DNA from: Catajapyx aquilonaris
Lineage: Eukaryota
DNA length: 20,000 nt
NCBI GenBank assembly: GCA_000934665.2
Contig: KZ538078.1
Coordinates: 110,525-130,524 of the forward strand
Reading direction: 5' to 3'
Below are positions 9,966-20,000 of the stretch, piece by piece; position 1 is the first letter of the stretch, and each line of letters opens with the position of its first letter. A program made the translations under genes and the position numbers. The notes under the pieces were generated by a model. It had not been told where the DNA came from and did not search any database. It worked only from the letters and a program-made list of their open reading frames with translations.

Positions 9966-12596
9966 AGATATTAATATTATTAACCAAAATAACCAAAAAT
10001 TGGTACAATTTTACGGTACGGCAGAATGGATCATGAACGCATTGTAATGTTTGACTGGTAAATGTGGTTTAGTAACATATACACTCATTGCGCATGCTAT
10101 TAAGCCATTAAGGGCTTCATGCACTTATACAGCATAGGTTGGTACTGTACACTGTCCAAAATAAAACCTGTCAACAACAGAGCAAGGCAACGGAAGGCAA
10201 CATATGATGGTTTACTCTCCAGTCACGTCTGCTACGCATTCCAGTGCTGGCGTTTGTCACTTTGTGGCTGGCACCACCAACTTCACATGTCAGATATCAC
10301 CTCTCAGGGTTCCTACAGTAATGTTAGCCAGCTAGAATTTTTCCATGTACAACATGAAATTGTGTTAACTACACACAGTTTTTAAAGCTGGATTTAAACT
10401 ATTCATGTTCGAGCAGCGTAAGATTTTATTACAATCGCATAGCGGACGCCTAAAATTAAATTTCTTAATGACTTTCTATTAACTACTCGTATATAGGTTT
10501 ATTTTGTCAGCTATTGATATTTTGTTCCAGTCATGATATTGTTTTCTTTTTAATTAAATATTATTTTCGTTGCGATTACGATGGCACTGATGTGGCATTA
10601 ACGATTCTGCCAATGTTGTAGTGGTACTTCTATTAAACTAGGATTTACCACGCGACATCTTCCGGTGCAAAAAGCACGAAAAAAATATTGAAATGTGTCA
10701 ATTTAAAAGGTTGCATCTTGAGGCATCTTGTGGGGAATATTGCAGGGACCTACGTGTGTATGATTGTGTTCCTATAGTACGCAATATCAATCATTTTCCG
10801 GCAAGAATTTTATATGCAGATGCATGTTATTGACGATACAGATTTTAAATTGGCTTGTAATATTCGGTAAAAAATGGATTTTCAATAGTGCCAGTGGCGA
10901 AGGTGGATATAATTAGGGAAAGTCTAGCTAGGTGGGATGTGAGGGGGGACCTTGTTTTCCATGCTTGGTAATGCGAGATAAGGTGTGCTTTGTCTCCACG
11001 ACAGGCATCGGGACAATAATACCGACTACCGACAGCCGTCATGTTTCCTGATCTTTGATTGAGCCCTGTACTGGCCCAGTCGGGAGACATCATTCCATAT
11101 AAGGAAACTCAGATTTACCTATAGAAAGTCATGCAGTATTTCTGCATTTTACCTTTCAGCAAGCATGGCAAAAAATACGCCAAAAAAACTATACGGATAA
11201 AATATTACATATAGGATGCCTATCTATCATGACTGCATGAAGACGATATATGATGTACTGTACAAGATTAGTATAGGTATATTTCTACAATGCTTGTACT
11301 TCATACGGTGGCCGAGTTTTCTTGCCGTTTCGCGAATACCGGATTCGCAGAAAATAATAGCCTACTGTATGTCTGTATCCCTATTCACAGATCCAAGCAG
11401 CATCATTACGAACTACTAGTAAACCGAACAGCGCAAGGAGTGTAATAACTTACATGCCAAGCCACGCTTTTTTTCAGGTTTCTTAAAATATATTCTAATT
11501 TTACATCCGTTATCGTCAGTATATTGAAAGGGGTCTCCCTATGCATCTGATGGCGCGGTCACATTGTGCAACCAGCATTGATCGAGCATTGATTTCATTA
11601 ACATCGGTTTTGGTGAACAATATGGGACTTAAATAATTTGTCATGCTCTATTATTGTCACGAGAATTTTAATTTAAATTCTGGCACATTTTTATCGCCTT
11701 TGTGGCCATTTTATATGCAAAGAATTGAAATTCCCCAAGTATCAAGCCCAAATTCTCCAGTAAGGGAGATAGAGGTCGGTTGTAACAGGGAACGGTTGTA
11801 ACATCGCCAATAAATCAATAATAAATACATTTGGAAAGCCCTGAAGCTGAAACTCACACAGCACGTGTGTCACTATGGCCTCTAAGTCAGGTAAAACTTA
11901 AGCTTTTCCTTTTTTTTTGTTCTTTTATATGCAAGAAAACCAAAATCAAAGTGTGTTCCCAATTTTTGTAAGTGACAGTAATCAAGTGATTATGTGAAGG
12001 ACAGAGGTGACATTGCCTTTGGTATTACGAGAAAGACTGTTCCTTTAGTGGGGTCACACCGACGCGACGGTATAGATGACCAAATAATGTGCACAGTTAA
12101 AAAAGTAGTAAGCATATCTACAAGACAACACAATGGGGACGGTTGTAACAGCTTCCTTGGGGTCAGTTATAACATGGTAAAATCATAGGAGAAAGGTCAA
12201 GTCTGTGTACAGATGTTACAGCTACATATCTCACAGGATATTGAGAATATACATAGTTATTGTTTTGTGCAATAAAGCCATTTCTAACTAGTTTGTCGAA
12301 AATTTATGTGAATATAAAAATCTATTCTCTTGCAATACTATTCTGCTGAATAAATTCCAGTGTATCGAGAGACAAATAGTAATCTAGGTGGATCAAGTAG
12401 GCTATAAGACAATTGTCTAGAAAATGAGCGGGTGTAAATTGTTCTTTCATATTACATTTTCCCCGTAAGACATAGTGTTACAATCGACCCCGCCCTCTAT
12501 TACAACCGCCCCTATGATGGGGTCGATTGTAACACTCTGCCTTGCCTTGGAAAAATATTTATAAATCTATCAATTATTTTTAATCTTAAGAGTTTA

Positions 12597-13142
12597 CACC
12601 GAAGCAGTTTGGTGGAGTGGACTGCTAATCGGGAGGTCCTGGGTTCGAGCCCCGGGGCCGGCAATCCTAACCGTGGTTTTCTGTGGCTTCCCACGGTCCA
12701 CCCAGGAGAATTCCGGGGTTGCTTCCTAAATAATAGGCCACAGCCGCTTCCTTCCTTTCCTATCCTTGTCCCGTCCATGAGGAGGGGCGGTGTCAATGGG
12801 GGATTTCTGACCCGCATCTAAGGGCTCATCTTGGCGAACGGGTCCCGTGAGGGACTGCACACGACCCCCAACTTGGGACATTGCACCTGCACCACAATGG
12901 GGACGGTTGTAACAGCTTCCTTGGGGTCAGTTGTAACATGGTAAAATCATAGGAGAAAGGTCAAGTCTGTGTACAGATGTTACAGATACATATCTCACAA
13001 TGATCTACAATAATCCTGTCCCCTTGCACCTGAGGAAAGAACATAGTACGAGAAAATTGATGGTGGTGTACCACCCCCCAGCAGGGCCTATGTAGGCCTA
13101 TCCCGGTGTTAAATAAATAAAATATAAAAAATAAATTAAAAA
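12597..13142 (+). mobile_element. tRNA-derived SINE (family B) carrying a 107-bp captured insert
   Basis: 15-bp TSD AATCTTAAGAGTTTA (12582-12596 / 13143-13157), B box GGTTCGAGCCC (12642-12652), A-rich tail. Body GGTTTTCTGTGGCTTCCC...AGGCCACAGCCGCTTCCTTCC resembles a widespread insect SINE conserved domain (Inv/Pln-type; name not verified). Confidence 0.92.
12893..12999 (+). repeat. 107-bp direct copy of 12129-12235
   Basis: Identical apart from 2 mismatches (CACAATGGGGACGG...CATATCTCACA). Confidence 0.97.
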
Positions 13143-13677
13143 ATCTTAAGAGTTTATAATGATAATTTTACATAGCTATGAATGTTGCCTTATTTCCACC
13201 ATGCCATAAACCTTTGCCTAAGTGCACATGTAACTGAATTAAAAAATCCAGACTGAAAAGTGTTACAACCGACCCCCGATCTCCCTTACCTATAGAGCAG
13301 AAAAAATAAAAACTGTGTTTCACTTTTTCATCTACGTAACTTAATATTATTACGAACAATGTCTACTAAACTTATCGTCGTATACAGTACACTGTAAAAT
13401 CTATAATGAAAGGGCTCTTTCCAGAGCTTATGATGTGCGAGTGATCCCTTTTGACCCAATGGCACCGGAAGTCAATGGCTGGACCCCCTTTTCAAAGCCT
13501 ATACCCTCCTGCATTAGTTTAAAAGGATGCACCTCTTCAACCTAAAACTAGCCGCTACTGTTTTTATTACCTCTAAAAGTATACAGCAGTAGCTCTTCCA
13601 AAGTAATTATTGCTTACAATGATCCACTAACCAGGGACACATTTTCTACCATGCCCAAACTTACAACTTTCTCTATA

Positions 13678-14158
13678 CAGGGTGCAAAGAGCTTAATACT
13701 AGGTAGTAATACTAGGTAGTATAAGCTCTTTGACAGGGTGTATCTGAACTCAGTGCCCCGACGTATATGACTGCCTTCCTAGCCACCAGAGGATCAACTT
13801 ATGTAGAGGAGTCATTATGTCTGGGCAGCCTCATTACGGAGATACGCTCTTTAGCGATTTTTGCCTAATCGCTCCTTCTGACTTTTAAATAGAATTTTCT
13901 GGTGTAACTAGCCAAAGAGGCCTTACCATCTGTGGGCAACAAACCAACAAAGTCCCGCCCCCAGACCTTCCAGAGCCTTCTGACTGGGGGAGGGTTCGAT
14001 GGGTGGCCTAACCGACAGGATATTTTGTACTACATGTTTGCGGCCAATTATCTCAGTAATGCGGCGGCCAGACATAATGACTCCTATACTTAAATCGATC
14101 CTCTGGTGGCTAGGAAGGCAGTCATATACGTCGGGGCACTGAGTTCAGATACACCCTG
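13678..14158. mobile_element. Tc1/mariner MITE 1
   Basis: TA|CAGGGTG terminus and a perfect 62-bp TIR (13734-13795 / 14097-14158) that extends imperfectly to >100 bp. Left tip interrupted by the 48-bp element. Confidence 0.92.
13685..13732. mobile_element. 48-bp mini DNA transposon (P or hAT superfamily)
   Basis: Perfect 11-bp TIR CAAAGAGCTTA / TAAGCTCTTTG, CA..TG termini, perfect 8-bp TSD ACAGGGTG (13677-13684 / 13733-13740). Confidence 0.8.
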
Positions 14159-14169
14159 CTATATGAGTG

Positions 14170-14204
14170 TCTATCAGGATACCCTACCCGGCGTTGCTCG
14201 GGTT
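14170..14204 (-). mobile_element. Probable Helitron 3' terminus
   Basis: Minus strand ACCCGAGCAACGCCGGGT hairpin followed ~11 nt later by ATAG (degenerate CTAG). Matches the common CCCGGGCAACGCCGGG..CTAG Helitron end. Extent of the body is unclear. Confidence 0.5.
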
Positions 14205-14270
14205 ATGAAATATACTTTCCATAGGAGTAATTCATTGATTTGGTAGTTACCTTTGCAATAATATTATGGC

Positions 14271-14490
14271 TTCCCCACCGACACCGCACCTCCTCATGGA
14301 CAGGACAAGGATAGGAAAGGAAGGAAGCAGCTGTGGCCTATTTTACGGTACGATCCCGGAAATTTTTCCTGGGGCGACCTTGGAAAACCACAGAAAACCA
14401 AGGTCAGGGCCGCCGGCCTCCGGGACTCGAACCCAGGACCTCCCGATTAGCAGTCGGATACCATATCCACTCCACTACTACTGCTTCGGT
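14271..14490 (-). mobile_element. Family B SINE, 3' part missing
   Basis: Minus strand ACCGAAGCAGTAGTAGTGGAGTGG..CCGACTGCTAATCGGGAGGTCCTGGGTTCGAGTCCC; aligns to 12598-12802. Confidence 0.9.
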
Positions 14491-14827
14491 TAGGTTATTT
14501 ATTTATTTCTCGCAAGTACGACGAGTTCAGAAAATTCGTCTGGCAAGGTTCTCAAGGTTGTTCTTCCGCATATTTTCACGCATTTCATAATTAAATCAGA
14601 GTAACAGTTGGCCGGCAGTACTCGAATTTCCAGTTTTTATAGCGCCCTTTTTTGGAAATTAATTTAGGGACTTCTAGACCAGTAAAATTGTTCCAGGCAC
14701 ATTCGTAGTGTTTTCCTTGAACGTGGTAAGTATAGCTGTTATTATTCGTAAAATATCTTGTCCGTATATCTTCGGAGTATGCTTAAGCCAACATCTATAT
14801 GAGGAAATGATATACCGGTACCCTATA

Positions 14828-15254
14828 CAGGGTGTTCATGAAAAACACCGACAAACCTATATCACCCCCGACCTAGGGACCAGACGATCACATTATGTGA
14901 TTATTCCTGGGCCGCCTCATTACCGCGCAAATTGCCTTCAAACAGGTAGTATAAAATATCCTGGAAGTTAGGCCACCCAACGAACCCTTCCCCAGTCAGA
15001 AGGGTCTGGAAGGTCTGGGGGCCGGACTTTGTTGGTTTGTTGCCCACATGTGGTAAGGCCTCTATGGCTAGTTACACCTGTAAATTCTATTTAAAAGTCA
15101 GAAGGAGCGATTAGGCAAAAATCGCTAATCATCAACGAGTCAATTATCTCAGTAATGAGGCGGTGTAGACATAATGACTCCCCTACATAAAATGACCCTC
15201 ACGTTACCATTGGCCACTGGTATCAGTTTGTCGGTGTTTTTCATGAACACCCTG
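14828..15254. mobile_element. Tc1/mariner MITE 2
   Basis: Perfect 29-bp TIR CAGGGTGTTCATGAAAAACACCGACAAAC with TA on both sides. Interior is the reverse complement of the MITE 1 interior. Confidence 0.93.
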
Positions 15255-15534
15255 TATATACGGTCTCACGGATTCAATAAAAGTTAATACGTACAACTAC
15301 AAGTTTTGAGCATTATGTTCGTGATCAAGTGTATGCCAAATCGATTTGCCTTGTCATACAAGACCTATTAAGACTATTCAATGTGCCCAAGCGGAAGAAT
15401 AGGCCTACTGATGCTTTCACTGGCATCCAGTGGCATGCGCAAGTGACTTTACATTCTATACCTTGCACCTTTTTGTGAATTTATAGCCCTAAATGTGTGT
15501 TTGAAGTTGGTCAAGTAGGCCTACTACACATATA

Positions 15535-15984
15535 CAGGGTGTGGGAATTTAAAGTGCCTTCGTTTTGAGGGGATGATAGTGGGGTTCTGGGCGATCATTA
15601 TAAGGATAGACATCGCGGGTCTCCGCAGCATAGTTAACGAGATAACTGGCTTCAAACACAAGGTATAAAATATCCTAGAAGGTATGCGTCCCTCCGTGCA
15701 ACCTTACCTTTTTCATTTATTTTAGGTGTTACCATGAGTATTTAACGACACGATTCCACTAGCACTAGGTGTAGCAGGCAATGGCCTAGGGCTCTAGGCG
15801 ATGGAAGTGGCGGAAGCTGTATCTGCGATATACGAGAAGCACGTCTAATGCACTCTTAATTTAATGCTAATTATCTCGGTAACTAAGCTGCGGAGACCGA
15901 CAATGTTTATACTGATAATGTTTTCCCAGAACCTCTCTACTATCCCCCAAAGCGAAATAAGGCAGGCAAAATTCTTGCACCCTA
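15535..15984. mobile_element. Tc1/mariner MITE 3 (older)
   Basis: TA|CAGGGTG ... CACCCTA|TG with ~110-bp degenerate TIRs (GGTCTCCGCAGC / GCTGCGGAGACC). Shares CTTCAAACA..GTATAAAATATCCT.GAAG with MITE 2. Confidence 0.8.
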
Positions 15985-16576
15985 TGTGTGTGTCAGTATG
16001 CGATGGGAATCTTGTACATACATGGTGCAGATTGACTACGATTATGAATTCACTGACTGCGGTAGTAACAAGTAACAACTGAGGAATGCGAAGGGCCACT
16101 AACGATACCTGGATAATAGTGTAGTAGGTGACTAGGTGTAGTAGGCAACAGCAAGACAACAACTTCCTATACTGTCCCAGTGGAATAGTGTCTGTGACAG
16201 CAACCATTCAGTTGTGGTTTGCGGAAATTCATCCAAGCAGGTGCAATTTACCCCCTACTGCCCATGAAAGTTCCCGAGGTCCTACCTAGTGAAGTAAAAT
16301 ATAACACATTAGTTAAACATATTATGGCAATACAAGAGAAATCTATAAAGTCCAAAAATCCAGTTTCCTGGCTTGCTGATTCATTATGAATCTTTATGGC
16401 TAAATGGAGCACACCAGGCGATACATCATTTTAAAATGCTATTTAGTGGTATCAATTAATAAGTTAAAACCGCCAAAATTTCTCTTGTATGCTCAAGATG
16501 CATATGGGTCATTCCACGGTAGGCTAACGGACGGGTCAAAATTAATGGATTTTGCTTTTTCAAATATAAATTGTGT

Positions 16577-16912
16577 TGGGGAGACGGAGTGGCGCCGCGG
16601 TAACGCGCGCGCCCACGGAAGTTAAGGTCCCGGGTTCAATCCCCACCCGGGGTTCCCACCTTCTTTCGTGCAGAGTTGGGCCATCTCTGGCTTCGTTTCG
16701 GGTGGCAATTTCCGATAGACTAAGCCACCCGGGGGAGTTCACAAAATGACGATTAGAGACATTGCACTTGCACTTTGCACATCCCCTCCCACCCACCCTC
16801 GGAGTACACTAATTAAGATTCTTCTTAAACTCGCTCCAAAAACAAATTCCAATGGTGGTAACCCACCCCCCCTAAGGAGTAGCATAACTCCCCCCGTGGG
16901 GTAATGAAAAAA
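16577..16912 (+). mobile_element. Full-length tRNA-derived SINE (family C)
   Basis: A box TGGCGCCGCGG (16590-16600), B box GGTTCAATCCC (16633-16643), A tail, TSD AAATTGTGT (16568-16576 / 16913-16921). Confidence 0.9.
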
Positions 16913-17217
16913 AAATTGTGTAGGTATCAAAGTGTTTTTGAATGTTATGTAACATTGCATCAGCAACATACTCATGGCGTTAAGATTTATGAAACATCAG
17001 ATGTTCCTAATTTATGTTGTAACATGGCGATTTAATAATAATGGATACCCCATGATAGGCCTCCTTGGGCCTTTTAGGGGATCATCTTTTAATTCACCGA
17101 CTTTAATCATTTGCCAATTACACGTGATGGATTTTTTAAAGTGGGAGGAAACGGGAGAGCCCCGAGAAAACCCACGCGAACACGGAGAGAACCCATCGAA
17201 ACTCTATCCACATAAGT

Positions 17218-18413
17218 TTTATTTCTTATTTATTTCCATACCCCGGTAAGAGGGCCATAGGCTCTCATGGGGGGACACACACACACACACAGGGGAATGA
17301 CAGCAAAAATTTATAAATATATGGATAAGATAAGAGATAGCATATGTTACAACAGTGGTTTCTTTTTTTTCACAAGACAAATAAGTTGAATTTAGGAAGA
17401 CATCTTTTTGTGCACATTGGTTAGGTATTGGTACAACTGTAAAATTTGGTGTTTGGATACAGTGGTTATGAAGGAAAACATTTGATCAGGGGGAGGGTTT
17501 GAAAAGGAATGAAGATATCGAGAGCGGGGCGTGGAAAAAATGGGACACTCAAATAACAGATGATATAGGTCAAACAAGCAGTCCAGATTACACCATACAC
17601 AGTTTTCATCCTGCAATTTAATACCGTGGCCAGCTCGTAGAGGGATGTACGTACATGGAGCGATTTCACAGATTTACATTAAAATGGGGAGTGGCAAATC
17701 AAACGAGAAGTACTGTTCTTGCACACAATCCAACTTATACTGTTTATAATGTGTGTATCTAGTTGTTTTTGACAAACATTCCAGGAGGAAGCCTTGATTT
17801 TGCACTGCAGCTAATTGGAGGGATATGTTTGGATTCATAAGCAGTTCATCCAATTCAAGGTTGAACCTTTCGAAAAAAGTTTTACATGATCGGACCCAAT
17901 TTGATGCTCCTGGAGGTAGAGTAGAAGCGGAGGATTTGGAGTACTCGTATGCAACCCTAAGGAGGTTTGAATTTGGCAGCGTCTCCATTTTAATTATGAA
18001 CTTTGTTAGTTGTCTTAGTAAAGTGTTAATTAAAGGAGGTTCCGCGGATTCCAACAGTACAAAATAAGCGGCAGTGGATCGAGGTAAACTCAAAAGAAAA
18101 TCAAGAAAAAACATTGAACTTGGTTTAGGATTTCGAATTGGGTTGAGCCCCAAACCTGTGCTCCATATGTCACGATTGGTTTGATATGGGAATTGAATAA
18201 TTTCATCGCAATTTTTAAATCCCTAATTTTCAACTTGACCAAGGTAGGCCACAGGGCATGAATAGCTTGAACAGCCTTGTTTTTCAGTTGTGCAGCAGCT
18301 AACTTAAAACTGCCAGAAGTGAAAAAGGTTACTCCCAGATAGGTATATGAAGAAGGCATAAGAATTTCCTCTACATCCCAAAAGAAATGTCTATTTGGAT
18401 GCTTGCCGCCTCT
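17218..18413 (-). mobile_element. 5'-truncated non-LTR retrotransposon (probably RTEX-like clade)
   Basis: 15-bp TSD TCTATCCACATAAGT (17203-17217 / 18414-18428), A-rich tail, (GT)n in the 3' UTR, ORF2 remnant. Confidence 0.92.
17392..18413 (-). pseudogene. LINE ORF2 C-terminal remnant (end of RT, thumb, CCHC zinc knuckle)
   Basis: YTYLGVTF, KLFNSHIKPIVTYGAQVWG and CVWC..DLYHLLFECP..R motifs. Frameshift near 18090-18110 and a stop at 17674-17676. Confidence 0.9.
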
Positions 18414-18584
18414 TCTATCCACATAAGTATTTCTGTCCTATCCGTGGATCGAACTCGGGACCTCAGAGGTGGCAGGCTGAGGCGCTAACCACTACGCCAC
18501 CGTGTCACCCGCTAGCATTGCGATTTAATTGCATTTATTCGGGTAACGGACGGGACAGGAAATGGACATGCATACGAATGGGGT

Positions 18585-19270
18585 CTTAGCCTATATTTTG
18601 CAAACCCATGTTAAAAAATCGTCCTTATTTTTAAATGAATTTTGGTGTTTTTTGTTTGAAGAAATACATATTAGTTTTCGAGCTATGATCTATCTATAAG
18701 ATCATAATAATTATACGGTATCGTATTGGTCTCTGACGTCACTGTTGCTAAACAGATCGGTGCAGAGGCAGGAATGCACCCGGGTTGCTTTGTTCCTTTG
18801 TTTGTTGCCTAACAACGGAATCGAACGACCGCAAGTAAAGCCGAATCGAACGACCGCGAGGCAACGGCCTGCTGACGTCACCGTTGTTAGCTTGGTTAGG
18901 CAGGAATGGGAATGCGCTTTTTAGGCCACGCCCCCGTTTTCCCGCCAATTTGCGAGTGACTTTTAAACCCTCGATAATTTATCGGGTAATGACATTTTGG
19001 TGCCGAAAGGTCGTGGAATGCATGTTTATATGTATGGTTGAGCTATTCGTGTACAAATTACCCAGATTCCAGGCCAATGCTAGGATCCCATTGTTGCACA
19101 CCTAAAATAGCAAAACTGTTATCTTGAACATTTCAGAAATAAATTTTTCAGTATGTTGTAGAAGACTATCATATCAACAAAATAGGTTCATTCCAAAATT
19201 TGTTGCATGTGATTGGTACAGTGATAATATTAATCTTAAAAATGGGTTAAGAGAATGGGTCTGAAGTAAG
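18585..19270. mobile_element. Possible degraded MITE with long degenerate TIRs
   Basis: Weak inverted similarity (AACCCAT / ATGGGTT; AATTTTGG / CCAAAATT). Internal repeats TGACGTCAC(T/C)GTTG x2 and GAATCGAACGACCGC x2. Confidence 0.3.
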
Positions 19271-20000
19271 CATTGATCTATTCTTAATAAGTGTCATTCC
19301 ACAGAAACACCCGAATTTTTGTTGGCAGGAGAGTTTTAAATGAAGAAAAAAATGTTTTTAAAACTTCACTTTTCACCAAAATGTCCCTTTTCACGATGAA
19401 TGATGATCACGATGATGTTAGGGTCGAACCCCTAAAATGGCCATTGCGCGAAAAAAATTAGGATTTCGCGGAATTCTCATTTTAAAATGGGCATATTGCG
19501 AAATGATCATTTTCAAACCATCTACTTGCCCTGATCTGAAAATATTGGGACACCCCCAAAAAATGGAGTGGTGGGGTTATACACAGGATGTGATAAAAAG
19601 TTTCCATTAAGATTATCTGGACTTTAGAATGGATAATTATGAATAGTAACAATTGAGCTAGGAGGATACCAAATTTGAAGTTCATTTGACAGTTAACAAC
19701 TGAAATAAATACGATTATACCTTGGACAGTGAATTTCTGTGGGGTCTGGTAAAAATTGCTGCCACTCTGTTTATTTCTTACTTAGCGGGATGTAAATGTT
19801 GATAATGAACCTGAGGGGCCGCACAAACCCAAAAACAGTTATGACATTAATTACAAAAAATCTAGCACAAAATTAAAAAATATTTATCGCAAGTGGATTT
19901 TTGCAGAAATTGATACACTTGGCTGTACCACATTTAACGGTGTTATTTATTAATAAATTAAAATGTGATAGTATTGTTTATCTAGAACTCAGTCCAATGT

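Larger units (their letters stand above)
11763..13286. mobile_element. Non-autonomous pogo/Tc1-mariner-type DNA transposon, host to a SINE
   Basis: TA|AGGGAGATAGAGGTCGGTTGTAACA ... TGTTACAACCGACCCCCGATCTCCCT|TA, with multiple internal copies of the GGTTGTAACA-like motif in both orientations. Confidence 0.8.
17037..18515 (-). mobile_element. V-domain SINE split by a LINE insertion (SINE parts 18429-18515 and 17037-17217)
   Basis: Head GGTGGCGTAGTGGTTAGCG..GAGTTCGATCC; classic V-domain GTTCTCTCCGTGTTCGCGTGGGTTTTCTCGGGGCTCTCCCGTTTCCTCCCAC; TSD CAT(G/T)GCGATTTAAT (17023-17036 / 18516-18529). Confidence 0.9.

Noticed and set aside
12809..12860. HDV-like (TGGCGAACGGG) or twister (TAA..GAGGG) ribozyme call
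   Set aside because: Too short for the HDV P1/P3/P1.1 arrangement and lacks twister P4. Kept only as an unassigned structured domain.
11778..13270. Recurring GGTTGTAACA motifs as a CRISPR-like array
   Set aside because: Irregular spacing and both orientations; explained as MITE subterminal repeats.
369..19685. Short ORFs in the supplied track as genes
   Set aside because: No recognisable domains; many overlap SINEs or MITEs. Only the 17392-18422 ORFs (LINE ORF2 remnant) are meaningful.
19420..20000. Possible DNA transposon left end (TAGGGTCG...)
   Set aside because: No partner TIR or TSD visible within the window.

Overview
Eukaryotic, almost certainly animal (probably arthropod/insect) intronic or intergenic DNA. 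I found no intact protein-coding gene, and nearly all ORFs in the track are spurious. The first ~5 kb is TE-poor and regulatory-looking: a strong cluster of TGACA (TALE homeodomain) and Exd/Hox-type sites leads into a possible promoter/first exon at ~4.8-4.95 kb. The rest is a dense, nested transposon landscape whose boundaries can be read from target-site duplications (TSDs). It holds nine tRNA-derived SINE insertions or fragments from about four families, a 5'-truncated RTEX-like LINE nested in a V-domain SINE, a Sola1-type deletion derivative with a transposase remnant, a pogo-like MITE, three related Tc1/mariner MITEs, a Harbinger-type MITE, a 48-bp mini-transposon and Helitron/Helentron-like ends. 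Most notable: SINE families with different heads and bodies share with the LINE a 3' tail conserved in structure rather than sequence (CCCC-hairpin-GGGGTA-A-rich), and three share a covarying internal stem domain. Several local templated or inverted insertions are also visible. All calls are from manual reading; no database searches were run.
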